Assembly (NCBI GenBank): GCA_030704615.1
Contig: CM060731.1
Location: forward strand, 49,104,001 to 49,168,000
Length of the DNA: 64,000 bases
DNA from: Takakia lepidozioides
Lineage: Eukaryota > Plantae > Bryophyta
Direction of reading: 5' to 3'
Shown piece after piece: positions 1 to 12,768 of this stretch. The notes below the pieces were generated by a model that was not told where the DNA came from, did no database searches, and was given only the letters and a program-made list of their open reading frames with translations. The translations under genes and the position numbers were made by a program. How positions within the stretch are numbered: position 1 is the stretch's first letter; each line of letters opens with the position of its first letter.

Positions 1-904
1 AATTTCCAAGTATCGTCGTAGGTACCCCCAGAGGCGGCCTTCGCCAACACCAAACCGCTCCGAAATTTCGCACGTGCGAACCCTAATGCGGCATCCTATT
101 TCCCAGTTCAGTTGCAAACCTTTCCCGCCGAATACCCGAAGAAGACAGAATTGTGAAGTACTGCAGACTGTATTGGTGCAGACTCCATTGGTTCAATCGC
201 GGCAAAAGGGTCAGCTTCATTCCAATGTTAAGGCATGTAAAACCGCGGAATACTCTATACAGGCCAGTATGCGACGTCCTTTTGCAGTGGTATACTGGAT
301 TTCCCGTTGCACGGTCACTTATTTCCATGAGCGGATCTAAAAAACCATGAGCGGACTTGTTACTGACGACATATCTTCGCCGCATTACATGATCTGGAAC
401 GTCCAAAAACGGCAAGGTCAAATAAAAAACTATTATTTTAATACTTGTTTAATCTGCCGCATTTCCAAATTTGGAGGAGTCCGCTCATGAAATCCGCGTA
501 TCTTAGACTTCGGCTCACCGCTCATGCGGCTCATGGCTCATGGCTCATGGTTTCTGCTCATGAAATAGTAAACCTCCCCAAGTACTAGAGGCACGTGTCA
601 CTCCCTCGGCAGTTCTAAGAGAAATGACGGAATGTGCAATGAAAAAAACGTGCATGCCAGATGAGCGCTTCCCAGGAGGTACTCAACATCGAATTCGTAG
701 AATCCAACGGCCCAAAGTACCCCCCACCCAACCAATAGCATCCATCTCCACTTGGACTCAATGACAAGGAATGCAACATCCCATCGCCCACCAAGTCCTG
801 GTGTGGAGAAAAGTGAGGGAGAGAATGGCCTCCAAGGCCTTATAAGCCCCCCCTCCACACTCGGGGCGGACGCTGTCATCATGACTGCGCACGCTAGTAA
901 TAGC

Positions 905-1012
905 TGCGACCGCCAGCAGGGGTGGTCGCATCTTTTTTTCTTTTCTTTATTATGTGCGACCACCAGCAGGGGGGTGGTCGCATAATTTTTATTTTTTTTA
1001 ATAGGTGCGACC
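905..1012. repeat. Two short hairpin units (TGCGACC-N12-14-GGTCGCA) plus a third half-unit, separated by T-rich spacers
   Basis: tgcgaccgccagcaggggtggtcgca at 905-930, tgcgaccaccagcaggggggtggtcgca at 955-982, tgcgacc at 1006-1012. The last half-unit runs into the transposase-like frame. Confidence 0.75.
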
Positions 1013-2189
1013 CATGAGGACATCGACGGGTTCTTCAGCTACCTTTCAAAGAAGCTGAAGGAATGAAGCACCTACATTCTTTCGGATTTGATGAGGTTAT
1101 TTATGACCTCGCAAGATCTACAGTTCATTCCACAGATTATTCAGGAGGTTCCCGACTTCAAGAATTTTGTAAAGGGTTGTATTCTGGATGGAAAGGAGGC
1201 ATTGGTCGGGATTTCGGAGATGCACGTCTTCCGCTTTTTTAAGGATGCAGAGGGCTGGCCTGTCATGAAGTACAAGAAGTCCGCTACTGATTCAGATTGG
1301 CTTCCAACAAACAATAGCGTGAAGATGTGGAAGTCCGCTACTGACGGGACTCTCAAGCTCCCTGAATGAGACCTAGACACCGTTCCAAGGAGACCTATCT
1401 GGGGAGTCAGGGACGACTCCTCCGAAAAACAGTCATTCATTAAGAATGGAATAAAAAAATACAGGGATTTTTGGACGAAAGGAATGATACTTGACGATCA
1501 TTACAGAGGTCGAATGGAACAATACGACCAGTACTGGGGAAACATTCTCGCCGAGCTGGATAAGCCAATTCCAGAAGCTCCCGAGCGTATTCATCTGCTT
1601 GAGGGATTCTGGCCGAAAATAAATTGGTCCAAGAATCATCTCAGAGATGGAATCCATCCACATATAGTGCCAGATGTGGAAGAAGAGGATGAAATCCTAA
1701 AACCTTACTATGGCCCGAGGTGTGAGCGACCAAGAATATCCTTGAATCCGTTCAATGATATTGAGAAATGGTTTTTTGTGCTCGTTCGCCCTCATGACCC
1801 AAGTACGTGCCCGGTCTAGATGGGGGTGGCAATATCTGACGTGATCCGCGAAAGGGAGGATCCTAATTTTAAGAGGCGAAGGTGGAGTGGTGGAGACCGA
1901 AAAACGATGGTAACCCAACAGACTTGGAAAGGTACAGGGACTGTTGGTCAAAATTTTCGGAGTATAACTCGTCAGATCCTCCTCAATGGATCCATGTGAA
2001 CAATGTTGTGTGGACAATGCCTCCACGAAAAAATTAAATAGCACTAAGAGAATTACTGCCGCCGAAGCAGTGAAGGCGCGTGCTAATTTGGAGAGGCTAT
2101 TCGTCAGTCAGAAAGCGAGTCGTGCGAGCGAGTTCCAGACCAAGGACATATTGTTGAGGTCAACTCCAGTACTTCGATTTAAGATATAA
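1010..2189 (+). pseudogene. Degenerate DNA-transposon transposase fragment (GHTHEDID-type, Sola/DUF7869-like), 5'-truncated
   Basis: Frame from 1010 reads THEDIDGFFSYLSKKLKE*STYILSDLMRLFMTSQ...HVFRFFKDAEGWPVMKYK, matching the GHTHEDIDxxFS transposase motif. ORFs 1088-1369 and 1484-1819 share the frame and are broken by TGA/TAG stops. Superfamily assignment is from memory of the motif. Confidence 0.5.
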
Positions 2190-2959
2190 AATTTTTCTTC
2201 TCTTATGGCCCTTCTTGTTTGCGTTGGGGGATCCTTTTTGTTATCTTCTTATGTCGCACTGAACCTCGAATGTCCAGTGGACATTCTCGTCCTTTGTTTC
2301 TGGTGTGTTGGATTCTGGCCTGCTGTACGTTCTGGTCAACAAAGAAAATCCTGTGGGGGAGTTTCGCCTACATAACATATAGATCACAAGAACAAAAATG
2401 GCGGGCACAACCACTGGAGTCTTCAAATTTGGTCAAAGTGGTTTTTAACAATGAAAGAAAATAGCCCATTTCCAGTCATTCTCTGAAACATTGGACTTGC
2501 TTTTTGTATAACCAATTCTCCCACTGAAGTCTCCCACTAGGATGAGCCTTACTCAATCGTTGTTGACATACTTTTCAATTTGCCAGTCCTGAAGTTTTTT
2601 CTCTAAGGTTTTCCTCCATTTTCCCTCTAAGCTCTACGACTTTTCTGCACCAAATTTTCATTTCATTTCATTTTCATACTTCTCATTTTTGGCCCTGGTT
2701 TAAGAGGGAATTTCACATGTCCTTTTCCATTGTTCAAATTTTAAGCAATTTTCATTTCTCTTAGTTTTTATTTGGTGGTCTGACTTTTTATCTTCTCTCA
2801 TGTTTTCTTCAGATCCATTTTCTCCCATGAGATCCAGGCGCTTCCCAAAAGTCGTTATATAACGCCATTTTCTTTCCAAATCTCATAGGGTGTATTTATT
2901 TTTATTTTTTTTTGGGCAATTTAGGATTTAGGATTGACATACATTTTTTTCAGTACCTT

Positions 2960-4640
2960 GCTTTTTATGTTAGCATTACCCCTAACCCTTACCCTTTTCT
3001 GCAAATGGCCCATGAACTATTCATACCATAACCATAGCCATAACCATAACCATTATGGTTATTGAAATGTCTCCTCCCTTCACATTTGCGCTTCTTTTTT
3101 CCTTTGTTTTGGATTGATATGCATTTAGGCATGTTACAGTTTGCTTTCTATGTTACATCTTAATACCAGGTTCCAACAATGAGTCTTTCATTTAAATACT
3201 TGTCCATAATATTAGGTTATTCATTTTTCTTTTGCTTACTAGTACCCTACTAACAACACTAAGTTCTAGCGAAGTCTGGAGTTTTCCATAAGTGTTTGTC
3301 TATTTTGTAACTTAAACAAAAACCCTAAACCCTTACTCTAAACCCTTAACATTTACCCTTAACCCAATACCCCAGAACCCTTTCCCTTCCATTTGCAAAT
3401 GGGAATCAACTATCCATACCATAACCATAACCATTTTGGTTATCCAAATCTCTTCAATGTATCCAAATTTCCATTTTGTACCCTACTAACACACACTAAG
3501 TTGTAGCGAGTGCGAGTCTTCCGGCATGTATGCTCACCATTTCTGCCTTCAACCCAAGCCCTAAACCCTCGTCGAAAACCAGAAGCAAAACCCTACGCCA
3601 TTGTTACGTCTAAACCCTTACCCTTCCTTTGCAAATGGGAATGAAGTATCTATACCATAACCATAACTATTATGGTTATTCAAATATCTTCGCCCTTCAC
3701 CTTGTGCAAGGTTTTGCCTTTGGTTTGGATTAATATGCACTTACCTTTTTTTTATCGAACTTTGTTTTCTATGTATCTCAATACCAGGTTCCAAGGACGA
3801 GTCTTTCATTTAAATACTTGTCCGATACAATGACTACACTTCCAGAATATTAGGTTCTTCATTTTTATTTTGCTTACTACCTTACTAACAACACTAAGTT
3901 GTAGCGAGTGCGAGTCTTCCGGCATGTATGCTTACCATTTCTGCCTTCAACCCAAACCCTAAACCCTCATCGGGAACCCTAAACAAAACCCTACGCCATT
4001 GTTACATCTAAACCCTTACCCTTCCCCTGCAAATGTGAATGAAGTATCCATACCATAACCATATGTATCTTAATACAGATTCCAAGGACAAATCCTCAAT
4101 GTAAATACTTCTCCGGCCCAATGACTCTTCCATAATATTTGTTTCTTCATTTTTTTTATAAATTTTTTTATCTTACTAACACACACCAAGTTCTAGCGAC
4201 TGTGAGTCTTCCATATTTGTTTGTCCAATAGTGTTCTTAAACCCAAACTGAAAACCCTACCTTTACCATCACCCCTAAACCATTAATCTTACCATAAACC
4301 AATAACTTTAGTGTACTACCCTAGTTACACTCCAAACCTTATTGTACTACCATGTTACATCTTCTCAATGTTTCATGCTCTTTTAATATTTTCTTTTGTT
4401 GGATAAGGTATGACAGAATGATTACAGGGATATCAAATTCCTCAACCATTTCTTAATTCTACCGAGTATGAGTCCATCATATTTGTTTGTCCTTTTGTAC
4501 CCTAAATCCAAACCCTAAACCCTTACCCTTACTGTAAACCCAAACCTTATTACACTTCTCTCTAGTTACACCCCAAACCTTATTGTACTACCCTAATACC
4601 TCTTCCAAATGTTTCATGCTATTCTAATATTTTACTGCCC
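2960..4640. repeat. Irregular tandem array of 240-400 bp modules containing telomere-like CCCTAAA and CCATAA motifs
   Basis: Module head ctactaac(a)acactaagtt(c/g)tagcga recurs at ~3247, 3483, 3882, 4173. Modules contain aaaccctaaaccc, gcaaatggg and tatccataccataacc. Confidence 0.8.
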
Positions 4641-5069
4641 TTGTCACATCCAAAACATGATTCATTCCGATGGCGTGGTATGTGAACATTGTGCTTGATA
4701 TGAAGATTCAATCAATAAAATTACTAGCAAGTTGTATCGAGTATGGTAGAGTAGGAGTCTGGCCCATGTTCGTTGCGACCCATTTGTTTATCGTGATCAT
4801 GCAATGGAATATTCCTTTATTCGACTTCCAAGTGGACGTTCAATGAATTGTTCAATACTGCTACTTCACATTGAGCACTTAATGTCAAATGGACCTCTTA
4901 TATGACACATTTTGAAACAAGTATGACATCACTTGAAATTTCACAAAGTTCAATCACACATTACACCGTGATATTATTAATATTTCAATTAATTTTAATA
5001 CAAATATATATTAAGTTTAGTCCGGATTTAAGCCAAAAGTCCAGAATTAATTAAAGTAGCGTTTCTTGT

Positions 5070-5325
5070 ATAACATTCATCCACTTTCATTCATGAATGA
5101 ATGATATTTCATCCATATTCATCCACAACTTTCCATCTACATTCATCCATATTCGTAGCGTCTCATCCACATTGGCTCTCCTTCATCTTCATTAATTCAT
5201 CCACAACCATTCTAGACAGATGACAACAACGTACAATACCACATTAGCAGGACATTAATTCATCTGATGACCATTGTAGACTGATGACCTGGACATTAAT
5301 TCATCCACAACCATAGAAGTGTCCA
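5070..5325. repeat. ATTCATCC(A) low-complexity repeat cluster, probably transposon subterminal repeats
   Basis: Repeated ttcatcca / attcatccac motifs. Confidence 0.55.
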
Positions 5326-5629
5326 CAAACACTATCATTCAGCAACATTCACCAACATTCAGCTCTCTTCTGCACTTCGCCTCGTCGCCCACACATGGTT
5401 GAATATGTGCCGAATGCGCAAGTCCGCGGTTATAGGTCCCCTTTTGCCTGTTGGGCCCGCGGTTATAGGCCCGTGCCTACGAATATGACGTGGCTTGGCG
5501 TGACGTGGCGTCATACCTGTGAGCCAATGTGGCAGGAACTGCTGACGTGGCTGGGCTCACGCGCTCATGCTCACGCGGAAGCATCCCCCTTCTCGAAAGG
5601 CGTCAGACCAGGTAGTGTACTAGTACCTA

Positions 5630-6440
5630 TGCGGTTCAGTGTGTACACGACATTAACGACTGTTTCGCCCCAAAATCGCAGATGAATATCCGTAGAATAT
5701 ATCATGCTTCTTGCTGCCTCCACTACAATTCTGTTCTCCCTCTCAGCGGATCCATTCTACTCCGGTGTGTTGGGGCAGGTGAGCTGTACTTCGATGTTCT
5801 TGTCTTCCAAGAACTTGTTCACGGCCTTGCATGTGAACTTACCACCATAGTCGGATCGTAGTACTCATATGGCGACGACATTTGTATCGGCTATGCTAGT
5901 ATCTCCTAGATGCGCTAGCTGACTCTTTATGACTTCGACTTTACTGATGAACGTTGCTATGCTGTCACCTTCTCGAACTTGCATCGGATAAAACCTGACC
6001 TGCAGGTCATGGATATTATCGTTTGCTCACTGATCGTGAACTGTCTTGATCAGATCCCAGATAGCTTTGGACGAGGTGCAACCACTGATCATATCAAGAA
6101 TGGATTCATCGATGGCTGAGCAAAGTAGTGATATGCCCTGACCGTCTTTCTTAATCCACTTGTTTCTCTGGGCGACTTGCACTGCTGGGGGTTTTGGCAC
6201 TATGCCGTCTACGACTCCCATGAGCTCTCTCCCTAGAAATAAGGCTCTCATTTGGAAACCCCATATGTGGAACTTCTGACCATTGAACTTCTTGATGGTG
6301 GCAATTTTGCGGCTAGAATCCATGGCTGGAATTCACTGTACCACAAGCTAAGACTTTACTGTTCAAAAAGTTGACAAAGATATGACGTTTTTTCTGATGA
6401 CTAGCGCAGACAAAGAAACGTGAGAAATAAGGCCCATAAC
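5630..6440 (-). mobile_element. Internally deleted Ty1/Copia remnant (gag N-terminus fused to an integrase-core fragment)
   Basis: 6323-6027 KKFNGQKFHIWGFQMRALFLGRELMGVVDG (Copia gag). 5630-5870 reverse reads LRSDYGGKFT...TPE*NGSAERENRIVVEAARSM...FWGETV (rve). The half-tRNA PBS GTTATGGGCC lies at 6431-6440 (-). Confidence 0.85.
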
Positions 6441-8047
6441 ATATATAGGGCGTTGGGCGTCGCAAACCCCCGCATTTGTAGTAGTGTATTAAAAGCAATT
6501 TCAATACCCACTGACAACTACCAAGTATGCACGCACTTGGAAGGATTTTTAATACACAGAACAAGGGTACTTGAAACACCCAACAACATGTATATAAATG
6601 CAACAAGGATCACTGATCCTTACAAGGTCCTTAGGCAAGGACGTGTACTCTTCTACGGCTAGGAGAGGCATACTACGCTCACTCAGTCCGCTTCTGAAGC
6701 TCAGCTAGCCACAGGACCAGACTACGTCACTAGCCTTAGCGCTACAGGAACTGGGTGGGAGTCTCGCTGTCATGATGGGTTTCTGTAGCCGCCCTGATTC
6801 AAACTAAGCTTGGCTGTCCTGCGGGGGTGGGTGCAGGCACTTCATGCCGTATAGCTGCTGTAGCTATTTTTGATATGTACTCGGGTTTGCGGACTCTTCC
6901 ATGCATGTATACCTGAGATAATGGTGATGTATACTGTTTTTCATGCAAAGCTTCAGAAGGTTTTGAATGTGAAGAAGCTTCTGCCAGTCCACCGATCATA
7001 TCCGTACGTCCCAAATCTTGAAGCCTTGAAATAGAGGAAGATGCCTTGTAGAAAATACGTGATATATCCACAATTTCTAGCTCCTGTGGCGAAACCATTG
7101 ATTTCCAAATTGATTGCAGATGATGGAAATCCATGCTACTATTTTTGCACCCTGCAGTACTAGGATAAAACTGTCCAGATCACAACATATGAAAAAGGAC
7201 AGCTGGAAGAGGTGTTGCAATCTGACTACGCATCTTGTGTTTCTGCCACATTTGTGCACGCTCCAAAATATTCTAATGCAACAAACAAACCCTGTTTTTT
7301 GATGCAGAAGCTTCATATTTTATGTACTCATCCATATCCTGTTGCATCTGATCAGCAGTAACGCCCTTATGCACAACCGAAAGTGAGGTTCATCGATATC
7401 TTTCATACAATATCCAACCACAACTCAACAACTTGCAGTGGACGACATGACCAGGTGGCATCAACTCTGGATCTAACCATCCCAATTTTTTTAATCTGTT
7501 TGTGAAGCATTTGAATGCTGGAAGTGTATACCTAACAAACCATCTGTATGTGTAGGTGCAAGAGAGTGCCACTTTTTTCTCAAACCCGCCACACAGCTAT
7601 CATATATGAATTGTTACATTTTTCCCAAACAGTCTTGATCAATATCTCCTCCTCCAATGTTGATCGTGACACTGGCTTACAATTTTTTTTGCTTTGGCTT
7701 CCTGCTTTGATCTCTTATTTTTGGTTTCACCCGTTATTGCTTCGAAGCATTCTCTTCACCTTTCCCCTCATCCTGAGTAGGTCCCCTCTTCCTTTTTCAG
7801 ATTCCCCATGATCCGTGTAAAAGAGATGGCGGTGGCCGTGACGGTGCCTGTGCCACGGAAGACTTCTCGAAGTGTAGAGGTGACGGCTGCTCGGTCCCAC
7901 TAGGACCATCCATGAATTAATCTTCCCATTAATGGGTCCGGTGTCTAGTTTTGCACACCCTCTTCTCGGTGGGCCGTTTCTAATTCCTGGACCGTCGTCC
8001 AATCTTCACAAACCTGGGGCCTTATTGATGCCCCTACGTGTAAGAGT

Positions 8048-11000
8048 GTAGACACGAGATTTGACCTATTTTGTCCCGAGAGAAGACACCAAAAATTCGT
8101 GTTTATTGGCCTTTCATTTGGGGACGAATTTCGGAAGAAGATTTTGAAGCGGATGTAAAGGAAGGGGGAAACCTTGCCCTTGCTTTGGTGGTGGTTAGAG
8201 TGGATAGCGACTAGTTCCTTGGGTTTCTGGTCCTGCAAGCAACGAAGGGATAAATGTAGAAAGTTTCGGTGTTTTGAACTGAAGGGAACAAGATTGACCT
8301 TATTGGAAAAGCATAGTGTGCAGAAGTGATGCTTTCTAAATTCTAACCTGGACATGACCAGTAAGATATGTTAACCCTTAAGTTCCCAAGCGACCTGAAT
8401 CGGGTCACTTTGAATTTGCAGTTCGACCTAATTTTTGCAGATCTAATCTGATGGGGCCCACTCCTGAAGCTTTAATGACAAGGGATTTGTCTCGAGTATG
8501 ATGCAAAAAAAAAAAAAAAAAAAAAAAACATAAGTTTCGACCTACAAAAAATATCTTAGATCTCTCATTTACGTTTTGGGGCCTGAAAAGGGCTTGTTGA
8601 CCACTGACGTGGCAGGTAAACAAGCCCAAAACTGATTGTACTCCAAAGGCCATTTTTGGCAGAAAAATTAGCAATTTTGGAAAAAACACTTCACCTTGTG
8701 GTGTGTGAGCATTACATACACACATCCACCATTGGCTTTTATAAATTTGTAGAAAAAAAAGTACTTCATTTGGAGGCACATATTCTCTTGTCAATTTTGA
8801 GATTTCAACCCCCATGTAATTGCATGCATAGCAAGCATAAGTGAAAAAATCAGTTGGACCTGCAATTTAGTGGGGTCATAGCCACTCCACTATTGATTTG
8901 GAAATGGTGGGTCTTGGGGCAAGCAAAATTGGTTTTGATTTGGTCAAACCAATTTCTTTCTCACTTTTTATTTGGGACCTGATATTTGAGGTATAATCTC
9001 ACAATTTCCACGGTGGACTTGGCTCATTTTTTGGTATGTCATGCATAAATGAGCTGGGCTATTGCTATAAGGCTGGAATCTCTGGATGATTTTTGGTAGG
9101 TTTCTAGGGGCAATTTACTGCAGTTGGGTACCCAAAATTGGTAAAAAGTCAACAAAGGGCTTGGGAACTTAAGGGTTAATGTACTATGCTATTTACGGTT
9201 TTGCTGGCTATGCAAATTGGGATTACATAGTGCATGTTGTGGAGGGGATCGATCCAGAGATGGTGTATGGCTTGGTTTCCTTGGTTGTTCGTGCGGAATT
9301 CATGTTTTGATTTCCATATGGACACTACAGCGGCAACGCTGTTGAAGGGCAACACGGGTATGGAGGAATTGCTCGGATCGGGGCCTGCGCTGACCGCAGA
9401 GCAGCCCATCCAAAAACGTGGCAAGCAACCAATATAATAAAATAGGTATCGAGTCATTTCTGTCGGTATCAGGTCAACCAGGACTACACGTGTCGGTAGC
9501 ATTCGTCGGTCTCCTCGCCGACACTCGGACGTTCTCTCTTCTTCCACTCCTGCATCTCTAAGTTAAGTACATTATGTCTTCCTCGCTCGAGGAAGGATCC
9601 TTCCGGCGGACGCTTGGACTGCAAGCTCATGGATTCCCTTTCGTAACTCGTTTTTCACTTCGAATGTGCGAGAGTGTGGAGTGTGGATTGACAGGAAAGC
9701 CATAGGCATTAGTGCTCTACCACACTGTCATTTCGGCAACGATGGATAATTCTTGGCGGTCGTCACTGGCGGATGATTCTCGGCAGAAGATTGTGAAGCG
9801 GATGTGAGTTTTTCGAGAAATATCCCCCGTTGCTTGAATCTTGTGAGAGCGGATAGCGACTTGTTGTTTGGATTTTTGGTCCTGCAACCAACGAAGGGAT
9901 AATCATAGAATATTGAACAGAGTTTCTGTGTTGCAACTGAAAACGGAATTGACCTGATAGGTCATTGGGTTCTCGAAAAGCATAGAGGGCAGAACTGATG
10001 GTTTCCAAATGCTGGTAGGGTTAGGTTCTTCACGGGTTTCAGATTCGAAACCCTATTGTAAAGATATTAATGCTACTGCATGTCAATCGCTGGATGTACA
10101 AATTGGGATTATAGAGTGTGTTGTGGTGGTCATCCAGTCTTTGCCGGTGGAGGAATACACCCTCGGGTCTTCAGATGCTATGCCTTGGTTTCTGTGGTTG
10201 CTGGTGAATAATTCATGTTTTGATTTTCTGTCTGTTCAGAATGGACACCCTACAGCGGCACATGCCAGTGACAGGGCAAGACGGTGTGGATGAGTTGCTT
10301 AAAATTGCTTGGCGCTTTGAGGAAAAAATCTACCAGGCTGCCACTGACCAGGTCAGCTGCCATTTGTGGGTATAGGCTAGGAAGAATCTGAACCGGGCAT
10401 AGATGACAACACATGCTACTGGAGAGTATGAAGAGATCTTTTATTGTAGGGGTTGGCAAGTGTTCAGTGTATGATGTGATGGGATAATCTTCTCTAAGTT
10501 GTGTGATTTTCTTTTGGTCAATAATGTGAATACTGTTGGGCGGTTGTGAATTTTGGTGCCTTGCAGCGAGACTACCTTCGGAAAATCTCATTAAAGATGC
10601 TATCACTGGAGGTCAAGGCAAATGGTCCCCTCCAAGGCAGGCCTGGTGCACCTGGTCAGGGTGCCATGAAGCAAGACCCAGGTCAGCAGATGTGTTTTAC
10701 GATGAGATAGGGGAGAGGGGAGGGACAGAGAGTTGTAATGCTTGCTTGACCTGGTAAGTGGCAGTGCAACCTTAGCATTTATTTATAAAGAGACTGACAA
10801 AGAAAATCAGCATGTATGTGTTGCAGTGGCGCCATCTGTCTGACTAGAGGTCAGGTGTAGAGATCTCTGAGAATCTGGAATTGATGCTTTTGCTTTGACA
10901 TGCAATAGTACTGTCTCGAATTCCAAAGATCCGAAGCCTGAATTTGTTTCCTGATATTTGTTCTTTTGAGACTGATGCCTTGGCCTTCATACACACGTGG

Positions 11001-12763
11001 ACACATCTTGTTCAAAGTTGATGGAATATCTTAGGGGTGTTCTGAGGTTCGACTGGGTACCCCGAAAAGGTGGAAATACTAATATGGAGAAGGGTGTGTT
11101 TGTATACCCAACCCAGAGATACATGGGGTGAGGGAAACACTGACTGGTTCTTCTGATAAATGCAGCACCATTGGACTTCTCGTCACATTCAGGACCATCA
11201 GGTCTTGTGGACCAACGTGATGTTGTTTGGCCTAAGGTGATTCTCTGCTTCTGTGGCATGATCGTGGGAGGGATTATAGTCAATGATGAGTGCTTGAAAA
11301 TATGTTCCGCCTATGGCTGGTGGGTTTTCTTGATGACATTCTTTGGATGAGAACAAATTTGCATGCCTTTGACAAAAGTCGTTGTTTTATTCTTACATTG
11401 TGTGGGTTAAGTAACTTCCGTTCAGAAGTGCACAGTTTTGACCTTTATCGATGGTCTGAGGCTGTCAATTATGCTTACCTGACAAGTGGAAGTAGTTGAG
11501 AATACTCTAACATGATAATAATGCTCATCTTACTTCCAGCTGTAGTGACACACCTTAACCCCAACATGCTGCCTTGCAATTTTCTGAACTGTTATAACCC
11601 TTGTTTGACCAGCTGCAAGTGCTGAAGGAAAAGTACTTGCAAGAGCTGAACGAACTCTACAGCATGCTCTCAAGTCGCAGCACACAGGTTGGTCTCTTCA
11701 ATCTTTCCTAGCACTGTTTTGTACCCCCTTCTCGTGTCCAGATCATTGGTGTTTTGTTTTGCCGAAGGAAAGAGGATACTTGAGTGTCATTAGCAGAATT
11801 CTCGGCACTCAGTTGGGGGTGTTCTCTATCAAAACACAGGTACTTGGAAGCATGGGACATTTTGATTTTTAGTTCTCAATTTCTCTTTACTATGAGCTTG
11901 AACCTTCTCTCAATATCCTCATTTTCTGAGATTATTTGAGCAATCATACTAAACAAAGGCTAAATTGAGGACTTCCAAAAAATGTAAATGCAGTGGGCAG
12001 TATCCAGGTAGTGCCTAAGAGAGACACTCTACACTGTACCAGGTTTTCATTATATTTACATGGCGTTCTTTAAAGGAGGAGTATGCCAACATTAGAGAAG
12101 ACGGCCTCCTTGGCTTGTATACCCAAATAAGCTTTCAACTCCGCAATCATTCTTGGGTAGTCCAGCTGTTTTGGAGAGATTGGCAAGATAGCAGAGAAAG
12201 ACACAGAAGTTTTCCTTTGAATTTGAGGATTGTTATGGCAAGGGTTTTGCACATCATGTAGAGATGAATCATCCTGCATCTCTTGGATCTCTAGGGTTGG
12301 ACAAAATGTGTAGAGGATTGATTAATGGCCTCACAGAAGTGATAAGCAGCTATTCAAATGGACATTCATAGGAAGATATTGCAGCGTTGTTGCTATGTTG
12401 CACTACTGTGCAGTTGAAGGTTTACGAGTTACAAATTTGTCAGGGTTGCTTCTGTGCAGCCAATGCCTGCTGAGCAACTACAGAAATTGAAGCACTACAA
12501 GGACGTCCTGCATCGCATGATCCCCTATTTGAGGGTATCAAAGGAGCGAGTGCCCAAAGAGTTGAACCAGGACAAAGTGGATGCTTTTGAAAAGCAGATT
12601 GTGAGCATAATGGAGACCTTCAAGAAGCGACGACAACCACAACAACAACAGCCATCTGGTGGCCCGACTGGGCCTGGACAGCTCCAATCATTTGTGCAGG
12701 AACAAATGCCTGGGCAGCACTCGGATCAAAGCAGTTTGGCCAAAGATTTGCTACAGTCACAAC
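8048..12763 (+). repeat. Tandem segmental duplication of ~19481-25523 (MED15 upstream region and 5' half) with a ~2.2 kb internal deletion and a MITE insertion
   Basis: Both copies start tagacacgagatttgacctatttt. Exons and introns align throughout. The junction at ~10968 joins 21504-like to 23705-like sequence. Confidence 0.93.
8375..9175. mobile_element. piggyBac-like MITE (801 bp)
   Basis: Perfect 17-bp TIR CCCTTAAGTTCCCAAGC. TTAA on both sides (8371-8374, 9176-9179). The element body is absent from the paralogous site at ~19770. Confidence 0.85.
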
Positions 12764-12768
12764 TGTAA
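9742..12768 (+). CDS. Truncated MED15 paralog, predicted 6 exons, 247 aa (KIX domain plus central helical region); function or pseudogene status unknown
   Basis: GT-AG exons 9742-9803, 10240-10351, 10567-10681, 11166-11236, 11613-11687, 12460-12768 give 744 nt open to TAA. Begins MDNSWRSSLADDSRQKIVKRIMDTLQRHMP...RFEEKIYQAATDQRDYLRKISLKML. Confidence 0.6.

Noticed and set aside
905-1012. CRISPR-like palindromic repeats with spacers
   Set aside because: Only 2.5 units, spacers are poly-T, no cas genes, and the context is eukaryotic.
2960-4640. True telomere or chromosome-fusion site
   Set aside because: CCCTAAA occurs only as 1-2 units within longer modules, not as a continuous or head-to-head array.
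6800-8000. Short ORFs suggesting a decayed gene (also 13700-14300 and 53900-55600)
   Set aside because: No motif that I can assign with confidence.
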